From: Candidatus Parcubacteria bacterium
Lineage (GTDB): Bacteria; Patescibacteriota; Minisyncoccia; Phycocordibacterales; CAIJYI01
Length of the DNA stretch: 64,000 nt
Direction of reading: 5' to 3'
Assembly (NCBI GenBank): GCA_026395595.1
Contig: JAPLYL010000003.1
Coordinates: 76,136-140,135, forward strand
The notes under the pieces are model-generated. The model was not told the DNA's origin. It searched no databases and saw nothing but the letters and a program-made list of their open reading frames with translations. Shown here one piece after another: positions 19,689-28,491 of the stretch. Numbering within the stretch: the stretch's first letter is position 1; every line of letters begins with the position of its first letter. The position numbers and the translations under genes are program-made.

Positions 19689-20162
19689 ATGGAATTTAAT
19701 GCTGTAGATAAATATCGCAGTATGTTGCGTTCATACGATAGATTAAAAAAGATAGAAATTGACAACGGAAACACTATTAGTAATTCTGAATCCAGAGATG
19801 CTGTCGAAGATTTTTTTAATCAATGTTATCACTTAAAAGATTGGATAAAGAAAGATAAAGGGATAAATCTTCCTCTGAACATCGAAGACTATATTAACAA
19901 AAGTCATTTTTTGTCTCTTTCCGCAGATTACTGCAACACTTTTAAACATGCTGGCTTAGATTATAATAGGTCGGACAAAAAACTAGAAAAAATAAATACC
20001 CATATAAATTTTGATCTTACTCCGAGGGGTTTTGTTGCTTCATCAAGACTAGAGTTGACAATTAGTGGTGAAAAATATGATGCATTTGAACTGGCAACTA
20101 ATTGTCTAGAGGATTGGGAAAAATTTATTGTTTCAAATAATATAATATTTCCCAATCCTTAG
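19689..20162 (+). CDS. Hypothetical protein, possibly HEPN-like
   Basis: FFNQCYHLKDW and CNTFKH motifs. Confidence 0.45.
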   Translation: MEFNAVDKYRSMLRSYDRLKKIEIDNGNTISNSESRDAVEDFFNQCYHLKDWIKKDKGINLPLNIEDYINKSHFLSLSADYCNTFKHAGLDYNRSDKKLEKINTHINFDLTPRGFVASSRLELTISGEKYDAFELATNCLEDWEKFIVSNNIIFPNP

Positions 20163-20218
20163 AGATAAGTATAATGGATAGATAATGATAAGGGGGTCTG
20201 ACCGCATTAGCTTTTTTC

Positions 20219-20248
20219 TTGCCTTTGTTTATTTTGTCGTGCTATAAT
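20219..20248 (+). promoter_or_regulatory. Sigma70-type promoter
   Basis: TTGCCT-18-TATAAT with extended TG. Confidence 0.6.
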
Positions 20249-20267
20249 ATGCGTACAATTGAATAAG

Positions 20268-20415
20268 TAAGTAGCCTAAACCGATAGTCGTATCGGCATG
20301 GTGAAAAAAAGTCCCGCAAAGACATAAAAAACCCATCATGTGGGGTGTCTTTGCGGGCCATATCGGGAAACCGGTATGAGGGGCTTCGGTCTCTACTCAC
20401 GTGGTGGGCTTTTTG
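20268..20415 (+). ncRNA. Candidate structured RNA of unknown family
   Basis: Four consecutive hairpins including GAAA and C(UUCG)G tetraloops, G-U pairs on + strand, T-tract end, upstream promoter. Confidence 0.55.
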
Positions 20416-20462
20416 TGTCTCTGAATGCCTACCATAAAAATTATCAATGTATTTTTTATAGT

Positions 20463-20756
20463 ATGGAAAATAAACCGATTATTTCACTCAAAGGTGAAGA
20501 TGGACGCGTTGAGCTTTTTGAAGACATGGTAAAGATACGAGAGAGGAGTATTCCCATTAGAGAAATTTTATCTTTAAAAATTAAAAGGCCGGGAAGCACG
20601 CCAGGTTTTTTACATTTTTCCTTAGAGGGTAATATCGCGTCACGCGAATGGACAATCGGGTGTATTCCGGATGAAAACACCCTGTGTTTTTTAGGAAAAG
20701 AAGAATATGATCAAGCGCTTGATTTTTTGAAATACTTTGAGATGCGAAATAAATAA
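20463..20756 (+). CDS. Small hypothetical protein (PH-like/DUF4429-like)
   Basis: LKGEDGRVEL...SIPIREI...GFLHF...DENTLCF pattern. Confidence 0.55.
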   Translation: MENKPIISLKGEDGRVELFEDMVKIRERSIPIREILSLKIKRPGSTPGFLHFSLEGNIASREWTIGCIPDENTLCFLGKEEYDQALDFLKYFEMRNK

Positions 20757-20808
20757 TCTTTCCGCTCGTCTTCTCTTACGGGGTCATTATTGATATAATC
20801 GTCTCATT

Positions 20809-21603
20809 ATGGAAACGATTAAAAACAATCTTCCGGAGAAAAAGCCTTTGGAACATCTTAAGGAAGGGGTGGCTCCCATTATGGCGTGTATTGGTACGCG
20901 AGATGACTTTGAAAAAGAGCCGACGCTCGGGCTGACCGACCGCTTGGGTTTTTGGGGAGAAAATAAACAGAATCTTTTTGTGGATTATTATGCGTACCCT
21001 TATGAAAATAATGCCAAGGGTATAAAAAACGCCGGAGAAAAAACCTACGCTATTTCAGAAATAAGCGACCTCAATAAATTTTCTTTAAAGTATAAAAATT
21101 GTACGGGGGTTATTGTCTCGGGGCAAGACAAAACGAATGGGAAAAATATCTCCTTCTTCACTCATCAGGATTCCATGAAGGTGCTTCCTGAAGGCGAAGT
21201 AAGAAGACAATTTCTTGCCGATCTCAAATGGCGTTTGAAAGAAATGGAAAGCCGGTGTATTCCAGGAACGATAGATGCGGTAATCTTCGGGGGAAATTAC
21301 TTGAATTCTGACGTGGAAGAAAAGAAAGATCCGAATCATAAATTTGGTCCTCGGACTGAATTTGAAAAAAACTATAAGGATTCTATTCACTTGCTTTCTG
21401 AACAAATTTCCGATGTTCTCGGTTTTCAGCCGACCATTATTGCCGGCCCAAAAACGACAATGGGTAGTGATGATGCCATTTATGACAATGAACACAGAAG
21501 GCTTTATCTTCGCCGTCCGGAAATAGGAGAGACTTCTTCTGAAAGTTTTAAGCCCGAAGCAGTAGAAGGAAGAGAAGAACAGTGGAAAAAGGAATGGAAA
21601 TAA
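20809..21603 (+). CDS. Hypothetical protein, possible CheD/CNF1-like Cys-His deamidase fold
   Basis: NCTGVIV...SFFTH...IDAVIFGG; fold call is inference. Confidence 0.5.
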   Translation: METIKNNLPEKKPLEHLKEGVAPIMACIGTRDDFEKEPTLGLTDRLGFWGENKQNLFVDYYAYPYENNAKGIKNAGEKTYAISEISDLNKFSLKYKNCTGVIVSGQDKTNGKNISFFTHQDSMKVLPEGEVRRQFLADLKWRLKEMESRCIPGTIDAVIFGGNYLNSDVEEKKDPNHKFGPRTEFEKNYKDSIHLLSEQISDVLGFQPTIIAGPKTTMGSDDAIYDNEHRRLYLRRPEIGETSSESFKPEAVEGREEQWKKEWK

Positions 21604-21663
21604 GGCTTTGTCCAGTGGATTTTCTGTTTCATCCTGTGATATCATGATAAGCACTTTCTTATC

Positions 21664-22731
21664 ATGAAAAATACTCAAAAGAAAAAGGGAATACCGGAGA
21701 TTGTTGTAAACCCGCAACGGTCTTTTTTTGATGATAGTATGAAGAAAAAAGCTCTTTTGCTCATTTTAGTTTTTATAATCGGAGGCGTCTTGGGTACGTT
21801 TGTTACTCATTTTATCATGAAAGGGCAGGTTGAAATGGCTTATAAACAGATCCATCCGGTTCGGGAAAAAAATTCTACCTATCAATATATCAATCCTCTT
21901 TTGGCATGCAGTATCCCGAACAGTAAAGAATTTTTCACGAACCTTCCTCTGGAAAACAAAATAAAAAATTTGATAGACGAAGAAAAAGCTTCAGGGAAAA
22001 TAAATTCCGTTTCCGTTTATTATCGCGATCTCGTTTACGGTAGGTGGGTTGGGATTGATGAGAATCAAAAATATGATCCCGCGAGCATGTTGAAGGTTGT
22101 CATTATGATGGCGTTTTATAAACAAGCGGAAGGGGATTCGAATATCTTGAATAAGTATATTGATTACACTCCTGATGTAGCTGATGAAATATCCGCGGTT
22201 CCTCTTCAAGCACCGTCCTCTTTAAAAATCGGCGGAAGATATACGGTAGAAAAATTGATAGAGGCGATGATTGTTGATTCTGACAACGGCGCAAAAAATG
22301 CACTCCTTCTCAGTGTAGATGAACGTTCTCTCTCTGAAACGTATACCGATTTGGGAATAGAAAATCCTGATGATATGAAAGGAAGCTACATCATATCGGC
22401 AAAATCCTATTCTCTCTTTTTCAGAATTTTATACAACGCGACGTATTTAAACAAAGAGTTGTCGGAAAAAGCGCTTGGAGTATTAGCCCGCGCGGAATAC
22501 AAGGAGGGTATTGCTGCCGGAGTGCCTTCTTCTGTTTTTGTGGCTCAAAAATTCGGAGAGCACATTGAGTCAAGCGATAACGTCATCGTTTATGAACTGC
22601 ATAATTGCGGAATCGTCTATAAACCGGAAAAGCCGTATTTGCTCTGTGTGATGACTAAAGGAAAAGACCTCTCTCTTTTGACAAAGGCAATACAGGATAT
22701 CTCGCGAATCATTTATTCCTCTGAAGACTAA
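21664..22731 (+). CDS. Class A beta-lactamase-like serine hydrolase, membrane anchored
   Basis: ASMLK (SxxK), SDN, QKFG in place of KTG; N-terminal TM. Confidence 0.85.
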   Translation: MKNTQKKKGIPEIVVNPQRSFFDDSMKKKALLLILVFIIGGVLGTFVTHFIMKGQVEMAYKQIHPVREKNSTYQYINPLLACSIPNSKEFFTNLPLENKIKNLIDEEKASGKINSVSVYYRDLVYGRWVGIDENQKYDPASMLKVVIMMAFYKQAEGDSNILNKYIDYTPDVADEISAVPLQAPSSLKIGGRYTVEKLIEAMIVDSDNGAKNALLLSVDERSLSETYTDLGIENPDDMKGSYIISAKSYSLFFRILYNATYLNKELSEKALGVLARAEYKEGIAAGVPSSVFVAQKFGEHIESSDNVIVYELHNCGIVYKPEKPYLLCVMTKGKDLSLLTKAIQDISRIIYSSED

Positions 22732-22740
22732 AGGGTCTTC

Positions 22741-24120
22741 TTATCTTTGTATTTTTTTATGCATCTCTCTTGAAAGAGAGATGTTCTCTTCCGTGATGGT
22801 TTTGGAAAGTCCGATATACTTTGCTTTTTTGAGAACAGGAGCTTCAAAGATTTCTGCGCTCGTTGCCGATATCGGTCCATCTACCGTCTGAAGCAAGGGC
22901 GCTTTGAATACGCGAGCGCGAAAAGCATTAAGCAATCCGCCCACTGATGTCAGGTTTGGCATATTAAACTCAACCGCTTCTCCCGTATTGAGCGATTCAC
23001 CGACAAACTCCAGTTGCGGAGCTTGAAAATCTTTGGCGGTTTTTGCTTCCACAAAACCGTTTACCGATACGAGATTATCATACAAGAAAACAGAAGAAGA
23101 ATCCGTCATGTTTCCCGCCCACTCAGTTATTCCATGTTTTATTTCCGGACGAAGATTTGTGAGATTTGTTGCCACTGACGGAATTTTTGAAATGAATTCG
23201 GTCTCTTCTCCTGTTGTTTCTTTTGTCATTTCAATTTTTCCGGATAAGACCAGCGCGTCTTTTTTAGGATCATATTCACTAAAAGGAATTTCTCCCCGTT
23301 CCGTACAAAGATGGTTCGGCGCGACAATGATGTCTTCCGACGCTTCACGATATACCGATGTTATTTTTCTTTTCTTTCCGTCGTCATCGGTCGTTTCCTC
23401 CATTTTTTTCAGTACCTCTATAAATTCGCCGAAGAACGGATCGGAAGGAAGAAGTTTCGCTTCATAGACCTTTTTGATTTGAGTGAGCGATCTTTTTATT
23501 CTATTGTACTCAAAAGTGATGACAGGCTTATCTCCTTCTTTCTCTTTGAACGAAAAAGTATCGATGTCTCCCGCTTTCATTCTATATATATAGGAGCTTG
23601 CGCTGGTTGGAGCGCCGATACAGTGATGCATCTCTTTTCCCTCTTGTTCCAAATGAGGCTGGTTGAGAAGGCGCGCTAAATAATATCTTCCCGAATTCGT
23701 TTCAAATTCAATGAGGTAAGGGTTATAAGATTCTTTGTCGTTAAGATTGATCCGTTTTTTTATTTCTTCGCGCGTCTGTTTGATTGTTTTTGTTTTATAA
23801 TTTTCCACCAGATTTTTGAGTGGTCCTTTAAGAAAGTTCGGTGTTTCAAAGATTGCTTGACGGAGCATAGCGATATCTATTTCATTATTCTCTTGAAAGT
23901 ATTGTAAAAGTTTGAGGCGGAGCACGGCAGATTTTGCCGGTGAAAGATCAAGAGAAAGAGAACAGAGGGCGTCGTCTGCCTTTTGTCGTATTTCTTGACG
24001 GTTTTTCTCCGGGATTTTTTTGATTGCTTCATTTGCTTCTCCCTCAATTTTTTGAAGGAATTCCTGCTCATACTTTTGTTCAGAGGACTCCTTGGTTTCG
24101 TGTTCAAGTTTTGTTTCCAT
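22741..24120 (-). CDS. Hypothetical protein with PcfJ-like motif and C-terminal LRR-like repeats
   Basis: LEQEGKEMHHCIG...TFE...QIK; repeats of F.AP.L..V.G. Confidence 0.6.
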   Translation of the reverse strand: METKLEHETKESSEQKYEQEFLQKIEGEANEAIKKIPEKNRQEIRQKADDALCSLSLDLSPAKSAVLRLKLLQYFQENNEIDIAMLRQAIFETPNFLKGPLKNLVENYKTKTIKQTREEIKKRINLNDKESYNPYLIEFETNSGRYYLARLLNQPHLEQEGKEMHHCIGAPTSASSYIYRMKAGDIDTFSFKEKEGDKPVITFEYNRIKRSLTQIKKVYEAKLLPSDPFFGEFIEVLKKMEETTDDDGKKRKITSVYREASEDIIVAPNHLCTERGEIPFSEYDPKKDALVLSGKIEMTKETTGEETEFISKIPSVATNLTNLRPEIKHGITEWAGNMTDSSSVFLYDNLVSVNGFVEAKTAKDFQAPQLEFVGESLNTGEAVEFNMPNLTSVGGLLNAFRARVFKAPLLQTVDGPISATSAEIFEAPVLKKAKYIGLSKTITEENISLSREMHKKIQR

Positions 24121-24218
24121 GTTTGTTTTCTTGTTTATATCTCCGATTATATCCCATAAAACGCAACAGCAAAAGTAATTTTTGAGTTTCTTGCTTTGTT
24201 CTGATATACTCAAAACAT

Positions 24219-25337
24219 ATGGATACAAATTATACTCCTCGCGAGAAAAATAATGGATCGTCAGCGCGCTTTTGGATTATCACCGGTGTGTTGTTTTTTG
24301 GAGCTTTGTTTTTTTTCGGAGCTCAATACCAAGAAAATGCAAAATCTTTGACCTATGAAAGAAAACAGAAAATGAAACCCTTGCCTCCTCCGAAACCGGT
24401 GCTTGATAAAGTCGCTTATGATAAAAAATTGGCGAGAATGGCCAATAACATGGTGCTGAGTGTTTCCACTTCCACTGGCGCTTCAACATATGTTCTCGCG
24501 ACTTCCACTGAAAATTATCTTTGGCCGGTAAAAACCGTATACCCGAACCCCGGAGCCATTCTTCCTTTTCATCGTATCATTGCCTACTATGGAAATTTAT
24601 ACTCTACGAAAATGGGCGTGCTTGGCGAATATCCGGAAGATGAAATGCTTGCGAGACTTGATATTGAGATGGCAAAATGGAATAAAGCCGACCCAAAAAC
24701 TCCCGCCATGCCCGCGCTTCACTATATTGCGGCTACCGCGCAAGGTTCTGCCGGAAAAGAAGGGAAATATATTCTCCGTATGCCGGACAGTCAGATAGAC
24801 GAGGTGTTGAGAATCGCTAAAAAAAGAGATGCCATTGTCTTTTTAGATCTTCAGGTTGCTTTGAGCAATCTACAGAAAGAACTTCCTTACATTGAAAAAT
24901 ATCTGAAGATGCCCCAAGTCCATCTGGGAATTGATCCGGAATTTTCGATGAAGTCGGGAGCAAGACCGGGAACTGAAGTTGGCACGTATGACGCGGCCGA
25001 TATAAATTATGCGGCGAATTATTTGGCGAAACTCGTTCGCGAGAATAATCTTCCTCCGAAGGTTCTCGTCGTTCACCGATATACTCAAGCAATGGTGACG
25101 AACTACAAAGCGATCAAACCTTTGCCCGAAGTACAGATTGTCATGCATATGGACGGATGGGGTCCGGCTCCGAAAAAGATAAATACCTATCAGAGGTTTA
25201 TTTATGGCGAGCCGGTTCAATTTACCGGTTTCAAACTTTTCTATAAAAATGACATTTGGAATCCCGGTACAAAACTTATGACGCCGGAAGATCTGCTTAA
25301 ACTCAAGCCTCAGCCGGTATATATACAGTATCAGTAA
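24219..25337 (+). CDS. Conserved membrane-anchored hypothetical protein
   Basis: N-terminal TM; AYYG, VHLGIDPEF, VHRY, HMDGWG, GFKLFY. Confidence 0.75.
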   Translation: MDTNYTPREKNNGSSARFWIITGVLFFGALFFFGAQYQENAKSLTYERKQKMKPLPPPKPVLDKVAYDKKLARMANNMVLSVSTSTGASTYVLATSTENYLWPVKTVYPNPGAILPFHRIIAYYGNLYSTKMGVLGEYPEDEMLARLDIEMAKWNKADPKTPAMPALHYIAATAQGSAGKEGKYILRMPDSQIDEVLRIAKKRDAIVFLDLQVALSNLQKELPYIEKYLKMPQVHLGIDPEFSMKSGARPGTEVGTYDAADINYAANYLAKLVRENNLPPKVLVVHRYTQAMVTNYKAIKPLPEVQIVMHMDGWGPAPKKINTYQRFIYGEPVQFTGFKLFYKNDIWNPGTKLMTPEDLLKLKPQPVYIQYQ

Positions 25338-25475
25338 AAAATGATACCGTAGAAAAAGATTTCTTTTTAGAAAAAAAAAGGGGGGGTTTTGTACGCTCAA
25401 AAGTGGCACTATTGCATGGCCGTTATTGTTTTTGTCGCGTTAATTTTAATTTCACTGACAGCAGGAGGATCTTCA

Positions 25476-26183
25476 ATGAATGTTTGGTCTGAAACAATTC
25501 AAAGTAAATTTTTAAAGATAGGGCATCGCGGAGCGATGGGGTATGAGCCGGAAAATACGATTCGTTCGTTTCGAAAAGCGATTGATCTCGGTGTTGATGC
25601 GGTTGAATTAGATGTCCGTATTTGTGAGAGCGGGGAAGTTGTCGTGATTCACGATGATCGCGTTGACGGTACGACTGATGGAATGGGTTTTGTTCGTGAT
25701 AAAGCTTTGGAAGAATTAAAAAAACTTGATGCGGGGAAAGGAGAAAAAATTCCTTTGCTTACAGAAGTTTTGGATGCGGTTAAAAAAAGCGCTATCATTG
25801 ACATTGAACTCAAAGAAGTGGGGACGGCGGGACCTGTTGCGGAAATCATACGGCAATATATTTTGAGAAGGCGATGGGGTTACGATTTATTTATCGTTTC
25901 TTCTTTTCTTCCCGATGAGCTGAAAGATTTTAAGAAGCTGATACCGGATATTAAAGTTTCTCTTCTCGGAAATTCGTCGCGGGATTTGCTTCTTTTGGGG
26001 CAGAAACTTTTAGTAAGCTCTCTTGCTGTTCATTATGGGGCAGTCACCGAAGATTTTATCGCTGAGGCTCATAGGAAAAAAATGGAAGTTTTTGTCTGGA
26101 CGGTAAATCATGAAAATGATATTGCAAGAATGAAATCGCTTGGCGTTGACGGGATCATCTCTGACTTTCCGAATAAGCTTTAG
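25476..26183 (+). CDS. Glycerophosphodiester phosphodiesterase
   Basis: GHRGA, PENT, ELDV, IHD, IELK, WTVN, GIISDFP; AGGAGG SD before ATG 25476. Confidence 0.93.
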   Translation: MNVWSETIQSKFLKIGHRGAMGYEPENTIRSFRKAIDLGVDAVELDVRICESGEVVVIHDDRVDGTTDGMGFVRDKALEELKKLDAGKGEKIPLLTEVLDAVKKSAIIDIELKEVGTAGPVAEIIRQYILRRRWGYDLFIVSSFLPDELKDFKKLIPDIKVSLLGNSSRDLLLLGQKLLVSSLAVHYGAVTEDFIAEAHRKKMEVFVWTVNHENDIARMKSLGVDGIISDFPNKL

Positions 26184-26318
26184 AAAAGAGATGTCATCGG
26201 GTCATTATCCTTTTGATTCCCGCGGTTACTTGCATTATTTGAAATAATATGGTATTATCCTTATTAGGAATTTCATATAATTTCTGTTCTTATAACAAGA
26301 CAACCGGAGGAAAAAAAG

Positions 26319-26501
26319 ATGGTAATAGGACGATTTACAACAAGCGACTACGGGGTGGCGATTTTTGTTGAAAAAACGGACGCGCACTTTGTAGACGATT
26401 ATGGAAATGAAGTATCTGACAAACTTTTTCTTTTAGTAACGAATGATTATGGGGTTAGCGTCTCCGTACTATATAAAGGGTTTCCCGATAGTGGGGTTTA
26501 A
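26319..26501 (+). CDS. Small protein (60 aa) with three DYG repeats
   Basis: GGAGG SD, upstream TTGCAT/TATTAT, downstream terminator AAGAGCGATATCC...GGATGTCGCTCTTTTTT. Confidence 0.6.
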   Translation: MVIGRFTTSDYGVAIFVEKTDAHFVDDYGNEVSDKLFLLVTNDYGVSVSVLYKGFPDSGV

Positions 26502-26595
26502 CTTTTCAAGAGCGATATCCTGGAAGGATGTCGCTCTTTTTTTCTCAAAGAGTTGTCATTTGATTTTTGTCTTTAATGGACTTATTATTATCAAT

Positions 26596-28461
26596 ATGGA
26601 AAAAAACTCTCAAAACGATCATATGGAACGCCGTTCTTTGGAACGGTCTTTTTCTCCCGCAAAAAGCGCATTAAAGGCATTTCAAAAAGTAAAAAGATTG
26701 CTTTCTGTTTCTGCTATTGCAGCCTTTCTTTTTTATGTTGTTCATGTTGCGAGAGAAATTCATGAAATAGACGTTCTCGGGATGAGCATCGGACTTCTTG
26801 CCGGTCTTTCTATTTTTTTGTACGGAATGTCAAAGATGGAAAGTTCTCTTGATCGACTTGCGGGCAATCGCGTCAAAAAAATGCTGGAAAGCGCGACCGA
26901 AACGAAACTTTCCGGAGTCGCGACAGGCGCCGCCGTTACGGCTCTCGTTGGATCTTCTTCTATTACGACTGTTCTTCTGATTAACCTTGTTGGTACGAGT
27001 ATACTTTCTTTTGCTCGTTCTGTTCCCGTTATATTCGGGACGAATATCGGATCAACCATTACTCTTCAATTGCTCGCTTTTAATGTTGATGCGCTTATTC
27101 CATACTTTCTCGTATTCGGATTTCTTTTGTTGTTTCTCAACAAAAACAATAAAAAAATGTATGCGGTCGGGAACATTGTTTTCGGTTTGGCACTCATTTT
27201 TTTCGGTTTGTATCTCATGAAGACCGCGATGATTCCTCTTCGCACGTTTGAACCGTTTCGTGAAATAATGATGAACATGGAGAATCCTCTTCTCGGGATG
27301 CTTATAGGATTCTTCTTCGCCGGTCTCATTCAGTCAAGCGCGGGAACAGTGGCTATCGTGATAGCGCTTGCGGCGAACGGATTAGTAACGCTTCCTGCCG
27401 GTATTGCTCTCATTCTCGGCGTACACATCGGGAAATGCAGTACGGCTCTTTTGGCTGGTATCGGAAAGAACGGGTTGGCAAGAAGAGTGGTCATAGCCAC
27501 GGTCATCTTTGCTGTTTCCAGCGCTCTTATTTTCATCTTCTTTATTCCAGAACTGGTGTATGCCGTAACTCATATCGGAGGAAGTATTCCGAGACAGATC
27601 GCCAACGCTCATACGATATTCAATGTTTTGGCAACGTTGGTCTTTTTGCCGTTCACCTCGCTTTTCACTTCTTTTGTTGAAAAAATCGTTCCCGCAAAAA
27701 GAACGAAAGAGGAGGAAGAATCCATACCGAAATACCTGCGGACAGAAGAAGAAATTCATGGCCCGATGGGTGTGTATTTCGGGCTTCTTGGCGTCAAACA
27801 AGAGATCCACAGAATGGGAACGACCGTTCTTGAAATGTACGATGACGTTCTTAATGGCATGCTTCATGGAACGGAAGAGGAATTGGAAAAGATTGAAAAA
27901 AGAGATAACAGCGTTGACACTCTTTATGATAGGATTTATGAAAATATCGTTACTATACGCCTTGCTGATAGAACGGAAGAGCAATTGGAGATATCTAATA
28001 CTTTGGAGCACTTCGCTGATGAACTGGAACGCGCGGGCGATACCGTGAAAAGACTGGCTCACTATGGAATTGAACGAGAGCAAAAAGAAGTGGAGATTAG
28101 TGAAGGAACTCAGCAAAAAATTATGGAAATGCACGGACTCATCCGTGAACAATTCCTGCGCTTGCTCAATGTTGTTTCAGGCGTTATGTCCAAAGAAGAA
28201 ACGGTGAATACGGAAAAAGAAATCATGGATGAGAGAAAACTCATTCTGAAAAGAACCGATGAATTTATCCAGTATCTGGAAAGGATCAGAGGGGAAGGCG
28301 AAATGCCTTTCCGTATAGAGGCGTTTAAAATTGAACGCGATATGCTCCGCTATATGACGAGATTTTATAAAAAGATTCACCATATGGCTTCGCTTCATCT
28401 TTCAAATTACTCGTTGAAGGAAGAAGAAGAAATTCTCTCCTCTGAGAATGAGGGAGAGTAA
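26596..28461 (+). CDS. Na+/Pi cotransporter family protein with PhoU-like C terminus
   Basis: TALVGSSS and LIQSSAG repeats, GTNIGST, IANAHTIFN, ELERAGD. Confidence 0.9.
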   Translation: MEKNSQNDHMERRSLERSFSPAKSALKAFQKVKRLLSVSAIAAFLFYVVHVAREIHEIDVLGMSIGLLAGLSIFLYGMSKMESSLDRLAGNRVKKMLESATETKLSGVATGAAVTALVGSSSITTVLLINLVGTSILSFARSVPVIFGTNIGSTITLQLLAFNVDALIPYFLVFGFLLLFLNKNNKKMYAVGNIVFGLALIFFGLYLMKTAMIPLRTFEPFREIMMNMENPLLGMLIGFFFAGLIQSSAGTVAIVIALAANGLVTLPAGIALILGVHIGKCSTALLAGIGKNGLARRVVIATVIFAVSSALIFIFFIPELVYAVTHIGGSIPRQIANAHTIFNVLATLVFLPFTSLFTSFVEKIVPAKRTKEEEESIPKYLRTEEEIHGPMGVYFGLLGVKQEIHRMGTTVLEMYDDVLNGMLHGTEEELEKIEKRDNSVDTLYDRIYENIVTIRLADRTEEQLEISNTLEHFADELERAGDTVKRLAHYGIEREQKEVEISEGTQQKIMEMHGLIREQFLRLLNVVSGVMSKEETVNTEKEIMDERKLILKRTDEFIQYLERIRGEGEMPFRIEAFKIERDMLRYMTRFYKKIHHMASLHLSNYSLKEEEEILSSENEGE

Positions 28462-28491
28462 TTCATGCAACTTTAACAATAACACTTTACT

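Larger units (their letters stand above)
8636..20200. mobile_element. tRNA-Gln-anchored accessory island / cassette array
   Basis: Visibly AT-richer than flanks; unrelated cargo genes all on + (except IS); repeated tRNA-like spacers; right boundary approximate; no integrase seen. Confidence 0.7.

Noticed and set aside
8636-20200. Classical integron (intI/attC) or prophage
   Set aside because: No tyrosine recombinase, no consistent RYYYAAC...GTTRRRY attC sites seen by eye, and no phage structural genes.
20268-20415. RNase P RNA, suggested by AAAGTCC at about 20308-20314
   Set aside because: Too short and lacks GAGG before AAAGUCC and the 3' conserved region.
20340-20462. 5' extension of the 20340-20756 ORF
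   Set aside because: Overlaps the structured hairpins; ATG 20463 follows a -10-like box.
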